Below, in pieces: positions 13,871-27,044 of a stretch of DNA of 64,000 nt. Location of the stretch: NCBI RefSeq assembly GCF_009834535.1, contig NC_045696.1, positions 73,782,001-73,846,000 of the forward strand. Reading direction: 5' to 3'. A model generated the notes under the pieces. It was not told the DNA's origin. It did not search any database and worked only from the letters and a program-made list of their open reading frames with translations. Every line of letters starts with the position of its first letter. Position 1 is the first letter of the stretch. The position numbers were made by a program, and so were the translations under genes. This stretch comes from Camelus ferus. Taxonomy: Eukaryota.

Positions 13871-14249
13871 TTATCCAATTTCATAAAAAGATAATTCTGG
13901 AGAATACAAGAATCATTAACTTTGCCTTAATCACTGCATTAAAATTACTTTTTACATAGGATCTCACATTAAAAGTATGTAAAACAGTGATTCCTTTTTT
14001 TAGGCCTTATGAAAGACAAATGCTTTCCATCACATCTTTGACACATTTAAAATTGTATTCTCAGATTATACTGATGCCTTTTTGCTAAAAAACTGATCAT
14101 AAAGGAACTAAAAATTTCCAGGTGTTAAAAACTACTAACTATGCCCTGTAATTTTCCATGGTTACATCTGTTCTCTTTCAATTATATACTAACCTGCTTT
14201 TGCCTACTGAGCAGAATTGGGATTTCCAAAGGAAATGCCTAGGTAGTTG

Positions 14250-15920
14250 GTGTCTTTCAAAGAATTTTAATATTTCATCTAAGTTATTGAACTTAATGAC
14301 ATAGAGTTGTTCATAATATTTCTTTACTGTACTTTTAGTATCTGTAGAATCTGAAGTTGATTAACCTCTCTCATTCTCAATCTTTCATTTGTGTCTTTCT
14401 TACTTTTCTATATATTTTATAACCCCCAAAACATATTATTATTTTTCTTTAAATGATTATCTTTTAAAGTGATTTAGATAATAAGAGAAAATATCTTTAT
14501 AGTTATCGTGTAGTAGTTACCATTTCTGATGCTCTTCATCCTTTTTTATAGTTCCAGATTTCTATCTGCTATCATTTTTCTTCTGATTGAAGGACTTCAT
14601 TTAACATTTTTTAAAGTGTAATTCTGCTTGCTGGTTATGAATTCTTTTAGCTTTTGTATATCTGAAAGAGTTTTATTTTACCTTCATTTTTGGCAGATAT
14701 TTTTGCTGAAGATAGAAATCTAGGTTAACAGTTTATTCCTTTCAGTATTTTAAAGATGTTACTGTCTTCCAGCTTCTGTTGTTTCCAATGATAAATCTGT
14801 AGTCTTTGTTCCTTTGTACATAAAGTGTCCTTTTTCCTCTGGCTGCTTTTAAGATTTTCATTTTATCAATGATTTTAAGCAATTTGTTTATAATGTGCCT
14901 TGCAATGGTTTTCTTCATGTTTCCTGTGTTTGTGGTTTGTTGAAAATCTTGGATCCATGGATTTATAGTATTCATCAGATTTGGGAACTTTTCAGTGATT
15001 ATTTCTTCTAATTTTTTTCTGTCCTCTCATCTACTCTTTCCTTTGGGGACCCCAGTTACACTTATATTAGGCTGCTTGAAACTATTCTGCAGTTTACAGG
15101 TGTTCATTACTTTTTTTCAGTCTCCTCCCTTCCCCATTGTATTTTTCATTTGGGTAGTTTCTATTTCCACATTATTTCATTCATCAGCTTTTTCTTCTGC
15201 ACTGTCTTCCTCTAGCTAATTCCATCCAGTGTGTTTTTCATCTTAGATTTTGTAGTTTTCATCTCTAGAAGTTCAGTTTGTGTCTTTTAAAAAATATCTT
15301 TTATATCTCTACATGTTCAATCTTTCCTCTAACTTAGAGAACATATGTGGAATACGCTTATAATGTTTGTAATACATATTTTAATGTCTTTATCTACTAA
15401 TGTTATCATCTGTGTCATATTTGGATCAGTTTCTATTGATTGTTTTTTTCTTTCTAGTCCTGTATGAGGTCTGAGGATTATACTTCTAATCTTTTAAATG
15501 TTTTTTCCCTGGTGGCTAGTAGTTTCCTTATGTGTATGTACTGATCAGTACTCAGCTGACTACTCCAGAAGGAACCTGTGCCGACCTCTGAAGTTCTCTC
15601 TCAATGCAGATTTATCCTCTCTGGGACTCTGCCTTGTGAGCTCTAGCTGTTTTGGCCCCTTGAAAGCCGAGCTTCAACTCTTCAAGTCAGGAAGACCACT
15701 GGGGTACTTCTCCCTATGTCCCAGCTGAGAAACTCTCAAGGCAGTAAGCTGGGCACTGGTAAAACTCTTTGTATAGTTTTCTGACTCAGAGGTTACTTCC
15801 TTTCTTGGCTAATGAGTGATGTCTTAAAAACTATCATTTGATGCATTTTGTCAGGATTCTGGTTATTTCAGGAGGGAGGGTATATCTGATCCTAGTTACT
15901 CCACCTTGGCCAGATGCAGA
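14250..15920 (-). mobile_element. Old L1M 5' region/ORF1 relic
   Basis: ORF 14742..14975 gives KKTIARHIINKLLKIIDKMKILKAARGKR, matching L1 ORF1p PRHIIIKLLKTKDKEKILKAAREK. Flanks are L1M-like. Confidence 0.85.
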
Positions 15921-16796
15921 CATCGCTCATACTGTTTAACTGTCCATTTACCAACCAAATTAAAGCCTCAGCTATCCTCTCTTTTGTACTTCAGACCACT
16001 CAAAATAATCTCAGTTCTAGGTATTCCTCTTATTTTCCTTCCCACCACATTAAACCTGGCCATTATTTCACTGTGCTATATACTGGTTGACTCATTAAAG
16101 GACCAGTGCAAAAATGAACTAATGTAAGTCCTATTCAAAGCAGTTTAATTTTTCAAAAATGAAAAAAAAAACCTCCTTCTCTGCTTATAATAATGAGAAT
16201 ACTCAGTCTAAAGAGCATGTGTAAAGAAAAATTTGAAAATCATCTGTAATTGCTCTATTCAGAGAGAAATACTGTAAATATTTCGTTTTTGGTTTATCCC
16301 AAAATTTTTTCAATGTATTCTTTAATGGTAACATATAAATATGCAATTCTGCGTCCTACTTTTTTCACTCAACATTTTTTGCTCTATAAAATAAACTTTT
16401 TCTCTATTATTGAAACTTCTCTGAGAAGCAATTTAAGTGACTGTAGAGTGTTCCATTTCACTATAACCAGAAGTTTGGATAATTTCCAATGTTCACTATT
16501 ATATATAACACTATACAAATATTTTTCTGTATCTTGGATGATTTCTAGAGTAAGGACTCAAAATCGAATTACTAAACTAAAAAATGTAAGCTGCTTTAAG
16601 TCTCTTAGTGAATATTACCATTTTTTTCACAGAAATATTGTATCATTTATATTCCCCTCCAGGAGTGTGTGAAATTATCTGTCTCAACATCTTATTTTCA
16701 TTGAATATTAAAATAGCAGGGGTTTCCTAGAGAGAGGAAAATACTTATTCACAAGGAATTATTTAAATGATAGCAATTTCAGTTGATAATAGCACC

Positions 16797-16964
16797 CAAG
16801 GCCTTTAAGCACAGTTGTGCAGTTTGTCCACTGGACAGGAGCACCAGGCTGAGGTGGCCAGGGGAGGCTAAAATCCAGTTCGTTCTTTGCTTTCCAAGTT
16901 GAATACAAATACCCACAAGGCTTCTTCTAATTCAAAGGAACAATAAAGTCTATGGGTGGCCCTG
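16797..16964 (+). mobile_element. MER91A-like hAT-Tip100 MITE
   Basis: cagttgtgcagtttgtccactggaca..gcaccaggctgagg...ggctaaaatccag...ttctaattc..aaagg...ggtggccctg matches recalled MER91A. Confidence 0.75.
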
Positions 16965-17200
16965 ATAACTACCATTTATCCCTGTAATTACTATGTGTCC
17001 AACACTATGCGAAGAGTTTTAAATTTATTATCATGTTTAACTCTCATGACAAGCCTGTATTGAAAGCACTATCAATTTCATTTTTAAAAATGAAAAAAAC
17101 CCTGAGGATTAGAGGACTCACATAATCTAAGTTGGAGAATTTATATGTGTTATATTCTGAATTCAAATTAGATTTTTTTTCTGATTCCAAACCTACTGTC
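16965..17200 (-). mobile_element. MIR
   Basis: taccatttat...tactatgtgtccaacactatg...tttaactctcatgacaagcct...ctgaggattagagg. Confidence 0.75.
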
Positions 17201-19746
17201 ATATCGTCAGTGATTGATTTTTAGTTAAGTGGACCATCAAACATTCCTCAAATGTCTCTGGTGGGTCTTTTAGGCAGGTAAAATGATCACAGTTTACCAA
17301 TCACTAAGATAAATAATACAACAATATCATGATAGTTTGAAAACCTTTGTACTCTGGGGATGAAAATTCTCTACTTTGATTACCCAGTGTTCATGTAGAT
17401 AAATTGTTTGGGTAATACAAGGTGATATACATTTATGAAAGTAAATAATTATCCATAGACACTTTCCTCTAATGAACTCTGGTTGTAAATAATCTCCCTG
17501 CTCTTCTTGGCAATAATAATGCCCATCTGTTGGGGGCCCCAGTTCATTCTGAAATAATCATTTTGTGAAAGGTAAAAAACAGAAATTTCACCTGTTGGTA
17601 GAAAGGTAAGTAAAGAGAAGACACTGGTTATGGTTACAGAAGAAAAAAGGTATAGTTATTCTGTTTGCTTTAATTAGTTAAAAAAAGGATGTTTACAAAC
17701 GTGTTGGTTTCTCTGTTTGGACATCTCATGAACGTTATGTTAATGATAAATACATTAATCAAAAATGCAGTCAACATTCTATCTTGATTCCTGTGGGAAA
17801 TAGAACTTGGATGTAATATAAACTCAGCATCTTTTTCATATATGTTGTTTAGCTTGATGAAAAGATTGATGAGCATAAGAATTTGGGGCTTCCAGTCTAG
17901 AGTAAATGAAAGTTGGCTTGAAATATACTTTTAAAGGACATTCATCCTCTGGTCATCACCTAGCTAGGGCTTACATTTTCACTGATTTGTATTTTAGACT
18001 ATTTATAAAATCTGTCAAAATTTGGGAAACTGAGAAAGGGATTATGCTTATCAGTTGGCTATACCTTGATGAATATTTCTGACATTTTAAGATTATTCAT
18101 TGATAATATTATATCTTGTGGTGTTTTCTCTTGATATTTAGTTTAAAGAGTAAGACAAAGAGTCTGTGATGAAGCTCAGGACTGACTTCTGACTGAACAA
18201 CAAATATGGTGATTGCTCTTTACACACAACCTACCATCAGAAACAACATGAGCATCTAAGGATGCAAAACTTTAAGTCATAAGTGCACTGGGTTGTGTCC
18301 TGGTGTATCTGAAACATGTTACATACTACCTTGGCTTTAAATCTCTCTAATTTTTCAATTAGATTAGAAGTTATTCATTTTGGGAGCAATATAGAAATTC
18401 CAACTTAAACCGCCTCATATCTTTTAATCGGAATTTTCCCAAAGCACAAAAGTCAAAATGTAAAAGTTGCTGTGTTTCATTAGTTTTATTCTTTTGAATG
18501 TTGCTACACTGAAGGCTCTGTGTGAAATTATTAGAAGACAAGTTTTCAAATGGTTGTAAAAGAAGATGCATATATGGGGACTCACTCAAAGGGCATTATT
18601 TAAAAAAGAAAATTTTCAGCCACCTAGATCTCAGGGTAGCTATGTCCATTCAAGGATAGAGAATCCACCATCTGTATGATTATTTTTACATCTGAACTTT
18701 TTTATACACCAGAGAGACTCAAAACTTTCAAGGTCATTTGCCCAGCATGTAGTGGAATGTCCTGTGCAATAGATTCCAATTAATATGACCGTGTTCAATG
18801 GCCCTGTACCACCAATGATGTATAACTGCTTTCCACTTGGCTTTATATGGCACTTCTTTGTTGTAGCGGCAACCAGGTCTATCACCCCTTTGATAAGAAT
18901 TTCAGTTGCCCCAGGGAGAAGCTTTCAACTTTATTAAGCATTGAAGTCTTCACATTTATTCTTCTATGAAAGAACAGATCAAAAGCACACTTTCTAAGGA
19001 AGTAATCTGAAAATTATGGATAGCACTTGCGGACTTTGGCAATAATGTTTTCCTGTAATTGAAACCTAAGAACTAGTATCAAATTACTAGACTATTATGA
19101 ACTTCTTAGCATTTAACAAACCTGCTCTTTTTTTTTTTTTTTAAAGTAAATAGGGTTTCTTGATTCTATTTAACTAATTCTTTAGCATGCTGTGTCCCTT
19201 TTGTTGTGCTTAGGAAAACCTCAATCTAGGTTTAGAGAAAGGGAACTGACAATCAAGAAAAAAAGCAATTAGATTATCAAATTGTGGTGCAGAGAAAAGC
19301 CTGTGGCTTTCAGTCTCATCTCTGGCATTAACTCAACTGTAAAAACTTTAGCAAGACGCTAAAATTTTCTGGGCCACAATTTCCTCATCTTTGAAAAGTG
19401 AGGATTGGCTAGAAGGCATGTTAAGATTTCTGCTTAATCTTAAATGTCTCTGAATCTAAATGTTGGGCAGGATGTGACCAGACACTGATAACATCTTACA
19501 TTTGCACAGCCATTATTTTCTTGCATCTTCTGTCTGCTTCGATTCCAGATTTGGTTTGGCAGTGGAATAACATGGTGCGTTTATATCTTTCGAGTTGAAA
19601 TAAGATCTATCTGAAACACTCGTTAAAGTCAGAGTAATACTATCTTCACAAAGGAGATTAGACTGAGTCCTATTTCTCCTACCAATCCCAAGCAGCTAGA
19701 ACTTTAGAAAGGTACTGCACAGACTTCTCTTGAGAAAAGTGTTCCT

Positions 19747-19749
<3 letters not shown>

Positions 19750-19784
<35 letters not shown>
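19750..19784. repeat. (CA)17 microsatellite
   Basis: Perfect dinucleotide run. Confidence 0.98.
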
Positions 19785-19786
<2 letters not shown>

Positions 19787-20309
19787 TCAGAGTCCTCCAC
19801 AGGTGATGGAACAAATTATTGCCTTCTGTGTAAGTCTGAATCTGAGGGCTACCCCTGTTATTAGTTCTTTTAAAGGTTTAGAGAAAGACTTTTGAATTCC
19901 AATTTGTGGGGTTTGGATCTTTGAAAGGGGTCCCTTGAATCAAAATGTATACTGCGTATTGCCTGCAGACTGAGTATCATTCCTTGTAACATTTTGTCAA
20001 TGGAGGCTCAAAACACAAGCACTAAATGTAGAATGTTTTAGTATTAAAAAGTTGGAAACTATTTTATAGACCAATTCTTTCTAAAGTTTTAAGTTCTGAT
20101 GATTAGGGATCAAGTTGGACCCATGTCCTTCTTCAGAATTTTTGTAACTACCACTGAGGATCTAACTACCAAGACAGGGGTAATATTATTAGAAACTTTT
20201 TCTTGGGAGGTATGGATTTTGGAACTAAGTTTCTAATTTCAGATCTTCAGCAATTTATTTCTGATATTGGGCAATTTACTTGTTCTGTCTGTTCCTACTT
20301 TTTTATCTT

Positions 20310-21254
20310 TATATTGTACGAAACCCTATAAGTGATAGTTTCTTATAGGTTAATTGCAACATGGAAACAGAAACCATATAAATAAACTTTCTGTACTTGG
20401 TTGTATTCAAATCTACTGACCTATGTTCAACTTTGAATAAATCTTTTACTAATGCATGATTTCGTAACATTATTGTTTGTTTGTTTGGAATATATTGGTT
20501 CACTGACTTATTCAGATCTTCTGAATATGGACCCATTTCATTACACAATTTCAAACAAATTTTCTGCGAGAAATTGTAAAGTTCACTGCAGTGGAGTCAA
20601 GTTTTCAAAAATCTTAATTTTTTCTTGGAGGCTTAAATTTAATCAGGGGCAAAAATTACCATCTGGTTTTCCTGGAAGCGACAGGCTTACTTGTTAGTTT
20701 AAAAAAATTGAAAAGTCTACCAAATTCCCAATCTGATAATCCATCATTCTTCTGCCACTCTTTTTTTCAAGTAAAAATGATGTTTCATGAAAACATAAGC
20801 TGGTTCTGCGTGTTACTCCATTGTATGCATTTCTTTTCCTAGAGACAACACCATATTTCAGAATGCAGCAGAAGTACTGTATACACACTTCCCATTTCAT
20901 CATACAGAATATTAATAAGAGGTATAGATTTAATAAAGTTAATCATTTTTATTGCTTTATAAAGGACATTATGAAGTGAACCTGACATTTTATTTTTATT
21001 GTGAGCGCATGATGATGAAGGGTGTGACTACAGTGTAGTTTGGTATCAGTGGTTTGATTTTTCCTAAGGGAACAACAGTTTTATGCACCATTGCTTTTGT
21101 ACCATTAGTAAATATTAGCATAATGAAGAAGAAAAATAATATGTTAGTTTTATTATAAAAATAGCTTTGGCCTTGCAGACTTCCTGTAATTTCTTGGGGA
21201 CCCCAGAAGCATGCTGATGGCACTTAGAAAACTGCTGCACTTAGAAAACTGCTG
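20310..21254 (-). mobile_element. Charlie1-type hAT DNA transposon fragment
   Basis: Reverse complement begins cagcagttttctaagtg...ggggtccccaag...ctgcaaggccaaagctatttttataataaaactaa (Charlie1 5' end), next to an hAT-type target (gactagag). Internal transposase relic: LQLTYKKLSL, VSRKR. Confidence 0.85.
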
Positions 21255-21874
21255 GACTAGAGTTCAATATTATTATGATCTTAACTTTTCCCCTTCTGTT
21301 GTCAGAAGATTGGGCCAGCTTCTCACTGCTCCTTTTCTCACGAAGTTGCTTGCTTCATCAGAAGTAAAGAATCATTGACAACAAAGTTTACTCATTAGAA
21401 GCAGGGACTTACTCCTGAGTGACCAGATTGCCCTGTCTTGCTGACTGAGACAGAGTTTAGTAAAAGTAGGAACTTGAACTAACGTAGTTAGTAGCTGGTA
21501 AGAGGTACTAACCTACTTTCTTCTCACTGTCCTTGCCTTTTTTCCCAAGGTGGGATAATAATAAACAGAACTTTAAGAAATTTTGTTACAGGGGCAAGGC
21601 TAGGATTTGGATCTAGCCTGAGGCCAAAACCCATGTATTTGACTACTACCTTATAGTGATCTCTGTGCTGCTACTCAGCTCTGAAAGTCAGTGATTCTGG
21701 AAGACAGATATATTCCAGGAGTGGCAATAAGTCTGTTGGTAGTAGAGACAGGTCCCACAGACAGCCTTGAAAGAGTTTAGTACTAACACATACCCAAAGA
21801 ATTTGGTTGAACTGGATTTTAGCAAATGCAACAAATAGAGAGTTTTTAACCATACCGAATGTAGGCAACATGGA

Positions 21875-22105
21875 CTGATGGTTAGAAGAGTAGGCTTTGA
21901 ATACTAGCTTTCCAAAGCCCAGAACAACCATTGACCAGCTCTTTGATTTGGGGCAAGTAACTTAACCTCTCTGTGCCTCAAAGTACTCAACTGTAAGATG
22001 AAATGATGATAATAATACTACTACTTATTGAAGCTTCAGTCAGTAATGGTCTGGTAAGCAGTAGAGCACATGGTAAGCAGCAATGAATCTTGGCTATTAA
22101 AATTA
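21875..22105 (+). mobile_element. MIR
   Basis: gggcaagtaacttaacctctctgtgcctca...ctgtaagatg...gcacatggtaagc..caatgaatcttggctatt. Confidence 0.9.
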
Positions 22106-24082
22106 GTCTCAGTGCTGGGCACATGAAAACCATGCAATACAAATTCGCTGTTATTATTTAACACACTGCCTCCTGCTTCTCATCACTGGTACAAACACAA
22201 GGTTCATTTGTCATTTATTCATTTACTCTTCTGTTTGTTTTGCACTGTTTACTGAACACCAACTATGTAACTCTCACTGTGCTGGGAGATGAGCCTGCTC
22301 TGGTTCTGTAGTTGGCAGCTCCAATAGGTCTACTATTTCCTTTTCTCTCACCGTAGATCGGAGGGAAGAGAAGCAGTACTTGCACTTTTCATGGGCTTTC
22401 TCAGGTAATGCAGTTCATGTCAAGTACCATATCAGTTTCCTCTAGTCTTTTTTTTTTTTTCTTTCAGATTAGAGCCAGCTAGTTAATCATTGTATCTTTA
22501 TATTTTGGCCAACATTTAAAATTGAAAAAACATAGATGGGAAAGTAAGCACCTCCCATTTTCTAGAATTGTTATTAAGGTTTTAAAAATTCAAGCCAAAA
22601 AACACTCTGTGTGGTATATGTGTCTTTCATCAAAGTGAAAACATAAGCTAATATTACACTAATGATTACAAATAGATTATCTGAGACGAAGGTCTCTAAC
22701 TCATTTTCCACTGTGCACAATGTACCTAGTGCTTGAAAATTCCTCAAGAAGTGCATATATGCAGGTAAAAATGGAGTTCACTATTATCCATATAACAAAT
22801 AAATTTCCTGAGAATGTGAAGAGTCTCCCTAAGAACCCAAGAACATAAATGCTAACACTTTATTCACTGCAACTGAAAATAAGATTTGAAAACTTAAAGA
22901 AGATAATCTTTGAGTGGTAAGAAAAGCTAATCATTTTTATTTAACAGATTTTAAGCTTCATTCTTCCTGAAAGTTTAAATTCTTCCTAATCTAGCAAACA
23001 CTAAAATACAGAAAGATCATAGTACAGGTTGCACAGAAAATGTGTCTTTAAAATTTCATGTCAGACAGATTTGAAAATTGAACCATATTTTAAATGTATT
23101 AGGAAAAATCCTCATATAAAAGAATCATAAGACGAATCATTTCCGTAAGGAATTCTATTGTTAACCACAGAAAAATCCTCTCTAAATTATATTTTGAGTG
23201 TTGGGATTTGTGTATTCCATGTATTGAATGTAGAAGGCAAGATATATTATAGTAGAAGCTATGATACTTATATGTAAAATAGTAGAAGCTATTTATTATT
23301 TATCAAGTTAGAATCATACCATAAGTTATTCTTTTGAAAAGTATCTTGATGGAAATAAACTGTAACATGAGTCATGAGCTGAGCTGGCTTCAGTGATAGA
23401 ATTAATTTCAGCATGCATTTTCCTTGACCTCTCAGCACCATTCAATACCATTGGCCACTCCCTTTCTTGAATATACTCTTTTATTTTTTTCCTTTGGTAA
23501 TGGGATAAAAACTGATGTGATTCTTTTTTTAAAAAGTAATAATTCCTCCCGTTTACTTCATAGAACTGGTGTAAAGATTGATGTGATGGTAAATGTAAAA
23601 GTGCTTGACAATTAAATACAAAGTAATATATGGATGTAATAGATTATTATCTGCTAATAGCATCAACATTCTCAAAACAGATCTCTGATTCAATACTATG
23701 AATGCATATATATGCTCTTTTTAAGGCTCTAGATAAGAAAATTATTTTAATATCTGTTTACAGTTTGTATGCATGTATATGCACATGTATAGCCTTAAGC
23801 CTAAAATTGTAATTTATTTAATTTTAAAATATTCCATTCAATATAGACAAATAAAGCTCCTTTCTATCATAGTGTTAAGGTCCATAGGCTAGTATCTATA
23901 GTTCCTAAATCCCAAAAAAAATTTTTTAAGTTTTTTTGGGAATTAATTTGTAGTAAAATTTGACTAGAACTGACTACTTATAGTCTATTTATTCCACTTA
24001 ATTTATATGTTAATTCACATTTTTCACTGAAGAAGAAATATTTGATTCATCCTTTTATGACAAGCTTAAGAAAACCAGACAA

Positions 24083-24306
24083 TTGGCAGATACTGACTGG
24101 TACGTATAGAGTATATAACAAGTTCATACTGTATAGCACAAGGAAATATATTCAGTATCCTGTAGTAGCTTATGGTGAAAAAGAATATGAAAATGAGTAT
24201 AAGTGTATTCATGTGTGACTGAAGAATTGTACACCAGAAACTGACACAACATTGTAAACTGACTATACCTCAATAAACAAATTTTTTTAGATAAAATAAA
24301 GTAAAA
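24083..24306 (+). mobile_element. Young 5'-truncated L1 3' end
   Basis: actgtatagcacaaggaaatatattcagtatc...acaccagaaactgacacaacattgtaaactgactatacctcaataaa plus A-rich tail. Perfect 16-bp TSD taagaaaaccagacaa 24067-24082 / 24307-24322. Confidence 0.95.
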
Positions 24307-25189
24307 TAAGAAAACCAGACAAAGACAGGAAAATTAAAGAAGAGTTTAAGCTGCATATATCCTAGAGCTGAAGCATGTGGTATAAATAATAAATTTTGTG
24401 TGTTATCAGAAAGATAAAATAACTGTAGACTGTATTCTACTACCTTCCAGAAAGGTGAAAAGAATTTTACTGAGTGATTCATAGTGTGTTCAAATTCAAC
24501 ACAGTCCCTTTAATAGAGAAAGTACAGTTCCTGAAATGAACTCTGATTTCTTCTGAACAAAGGAAAGAACCCCTGATTCCTCAGAATTTTTCTTTCATCA
24601 AAGCTGAAACATCAAATAATGAAACTCTGCGTCCTTTGGTGCTGATTATGGCATGAATTGGCTTCAAAAAGTGTAGGGTCATTGTCAGTCTTAAGTAATA
24701 GAGAATTTGATTTCCAGATGTTGGATTGACTTTGGAACAACACTTACATAGGGTTTTTGACCTCAGTATTTGCTTAGCTCTCTTTCAAGACTCTGGCTTG
24801 TTCCATTCCATTTTTACAAGGTGCCTCTTTGCAGCCCTTGGTTGCTGCCCTGTCCGGTGTTTCAGGGCAAGGTCAGAGTGCCCTGCATTAATGTTGGAAA
24901 TGCAGTCCCTAGGATCCTCAGTGGAATGCTGCCAATCTTGACAATGTTTTGTTATTTTCTTTTTGGAAAAAAAAAAAGCCATATTTAAGTCTCAGATTAA
25001 AGATGTAAGCTCTTGGGGGCTTACTTAAAAACCTAGAATATCTTGAATTTTCAATCCATCTGTCCTCCTTCAAAAGGTCTTTCTACAATACACAAATTTA
25101 TAACAGAAAGAAATAATTTTCTTCAGTAAATATTACATCACTGTCAGAAGAGCTAATCAAAAGCATTTCCACTCAGCAGTCATTGTAGG

Positions 25190-25440
25190 ACATGGATTAG
25201 AAGTAGGAAGTTTAGAATAGGAGAGACTGAATTCAAATCCCAGCCCTGCCACACTTACTTACTCTGTGACTTTGGACAAGTAATGGAAACTCTTAGCCTC
25301 AGTTTTCCCCTCTGTAAAGTAGAGCAATAATAATACCTATAGTAATAGATTATTCTATGTAATAACATTAAATGTTAAACTACTTAGCAAATTTCCTGAC
25401 ATTATGCATAAGAACAGAAGAAACGTTAACTTTTCACCAT
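25190..25440 (+). mobile_element. MIR
   Basis: gactgaattcaaatcccagccctgccac..ttactactctgtgactttggacaagt...gcctcagttttcccctctgtaaa. Confidence 0.9.
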
Positions 25441-26049
25441 TAGTAGCAGTGAATAAACCTACAATGTTCTAATAACTTTAGCTTGTGAAATTGTTCATTG
25501 TTTGATCCTATTTTACTACTGTCCCCTTCAGTGACTGCCATATGTCTCATTTTGCCCCCTTCATGGTCATAATATCTGTGAAAACATGTCCTTCAAAGTG
25601 GCCAAGAATGTGTGGGAAAATCTTATGCTACATTTATTCAAATGTAACTGGCCAATGTGACTGTGATCCAAAATGTTATCATGACAGTGTAGCTCTCTGC
25701 CCTCAATTTTAAAAGTCCCATTTTAAATACACTCATGCTGAGTCCTTTTACTTGAAAAATTCCTTTTTCTACCTCCAAACTGGAGATAGACCTCGTAGGG
25801 CCTGCTTGGCCACCACCCTTTTAAGACTCTATTTCTATATCTTATTAATGGGGAAGGATAGAAATAAGGTTTATATACATCCAAACTCTAGTGAAACTGA
25901 TCATGTTGTCTTTCAAGATATGAGTATGAAATTTACTCACTGGTCTCACATTGATTCTATTTTCTAGAACATAATATATCATCTAAACCAAAAATTAATT
26001 TCTGTATTTCTCTTGTTGACTACCTACTATATGCCAGGCACTTAAAATA

Positions 26050-26240
26050 TTTTTATTAAAGGTAAATTAAGTACAGTAATAGTCACGCTGCAAGTTTTGA
26101 CAAATGCATACAAGTACACCATAAATAAATTATGGAACAGTTCTATCACTCCAGAAATTTCCCTGTGCCCCTTAATGTTACCTCCTTCCCCAAACCCCAG
26201 CCCCTGGCAAACACTGACATGCTTTCTGTCCCAATAATTC
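26050..26240 (-). mobile_element. Old L1 (L1MA/MB-like) 3' terminus
   Basis: agttttgacaaatgcataca...gaacagttctatcactccagaaatttccctgtgcccct...ccagcccctggcaaacactga. Confidence 0.75.
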
Positions 26241-26480
26241 AGTCACTTTTCACATATATTATTTCAGTTGATATTACTTAAAATCTGAGACGACAATACC
26301 ACTTCTGTGGCAGAGACAGAATTGACTGAATATTTTAATTTATTGCCTTAGATGATAAATATTCTGTCTTTTAAATTTCTCCTCAACACAGAGCCTTGTA
26401 TCAAAGTGTTTGGGGGAAAAAAAAAGAAAAAACAGTTACTATCAAGTCCAGTGATTTGATTCATGGTTTTTAATTAAAGC

Positions 26481-27044
26481 TTCTTCTTTCTTTTTTTTTT
26501 TTTTTTTTCAGTTTTCAGTTTTATTAGGTAGAATTGTTACAGTTTGGCTGCACATATGCAATATATTGCATGTAAATACGTATACACAATATACTGCACA
26601 TATTTTTAAAATTTACATATATGTACTGTTCATTGTTTCTAAGATGGTTTAGAGCTTTAGCTTTTTAAACTTACATAGTTATCAAAGGAATAAAGCCAAC
26701 CACAAAATAAGAATTAATTCAAAAAGATACATACACCCTGCTATTAACAGCAACTTTCTTTATAATTGCCAATACATGGAAGCATCCTAAGTGCACATCA
26801 ATAGATGAATGGATAAAGAAGATGCAGCATATATTTGTAATGGAATACACCTCAGTCATAAGAAAGAAGAATATTTTGCCATTTGTAGCCCTTCATTCAC
26901 TTTTTTCCCCTACTTCAAAAACCGGAATTTTATAACTGGCATAAACATTTCCACTGCATCAAAACCAAAATACCTAGAAATAAACTTCACCAAAGAAGTT
27001 ACTTATACTCTGAAAACTATAAAACATTGATAAAAGAAATTGAA
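26481..27044 (-). other. Putative retroposed polyadenylated RNA fragment containing antisense L1 pieces
   Basis: T18 at 26491-26508; AATAAA on the minus strand at 26520-26525; about 200 bp of non-TE-looking sequence; + strand L1 fragments at ~26713-26888 and ~26950-27044. No convincing TSD. Confidence 0.5.

Noticed and set aside
18640..18905. Minus-strand frames containing Kelch-like LYIIGG and a W/H-rich peptide ending LLHRTFHYMLGK
   Set aside because: The rest of the Kelch pattern is absent, splice sites are unconvincing, and part overlaps a decayed MIR.
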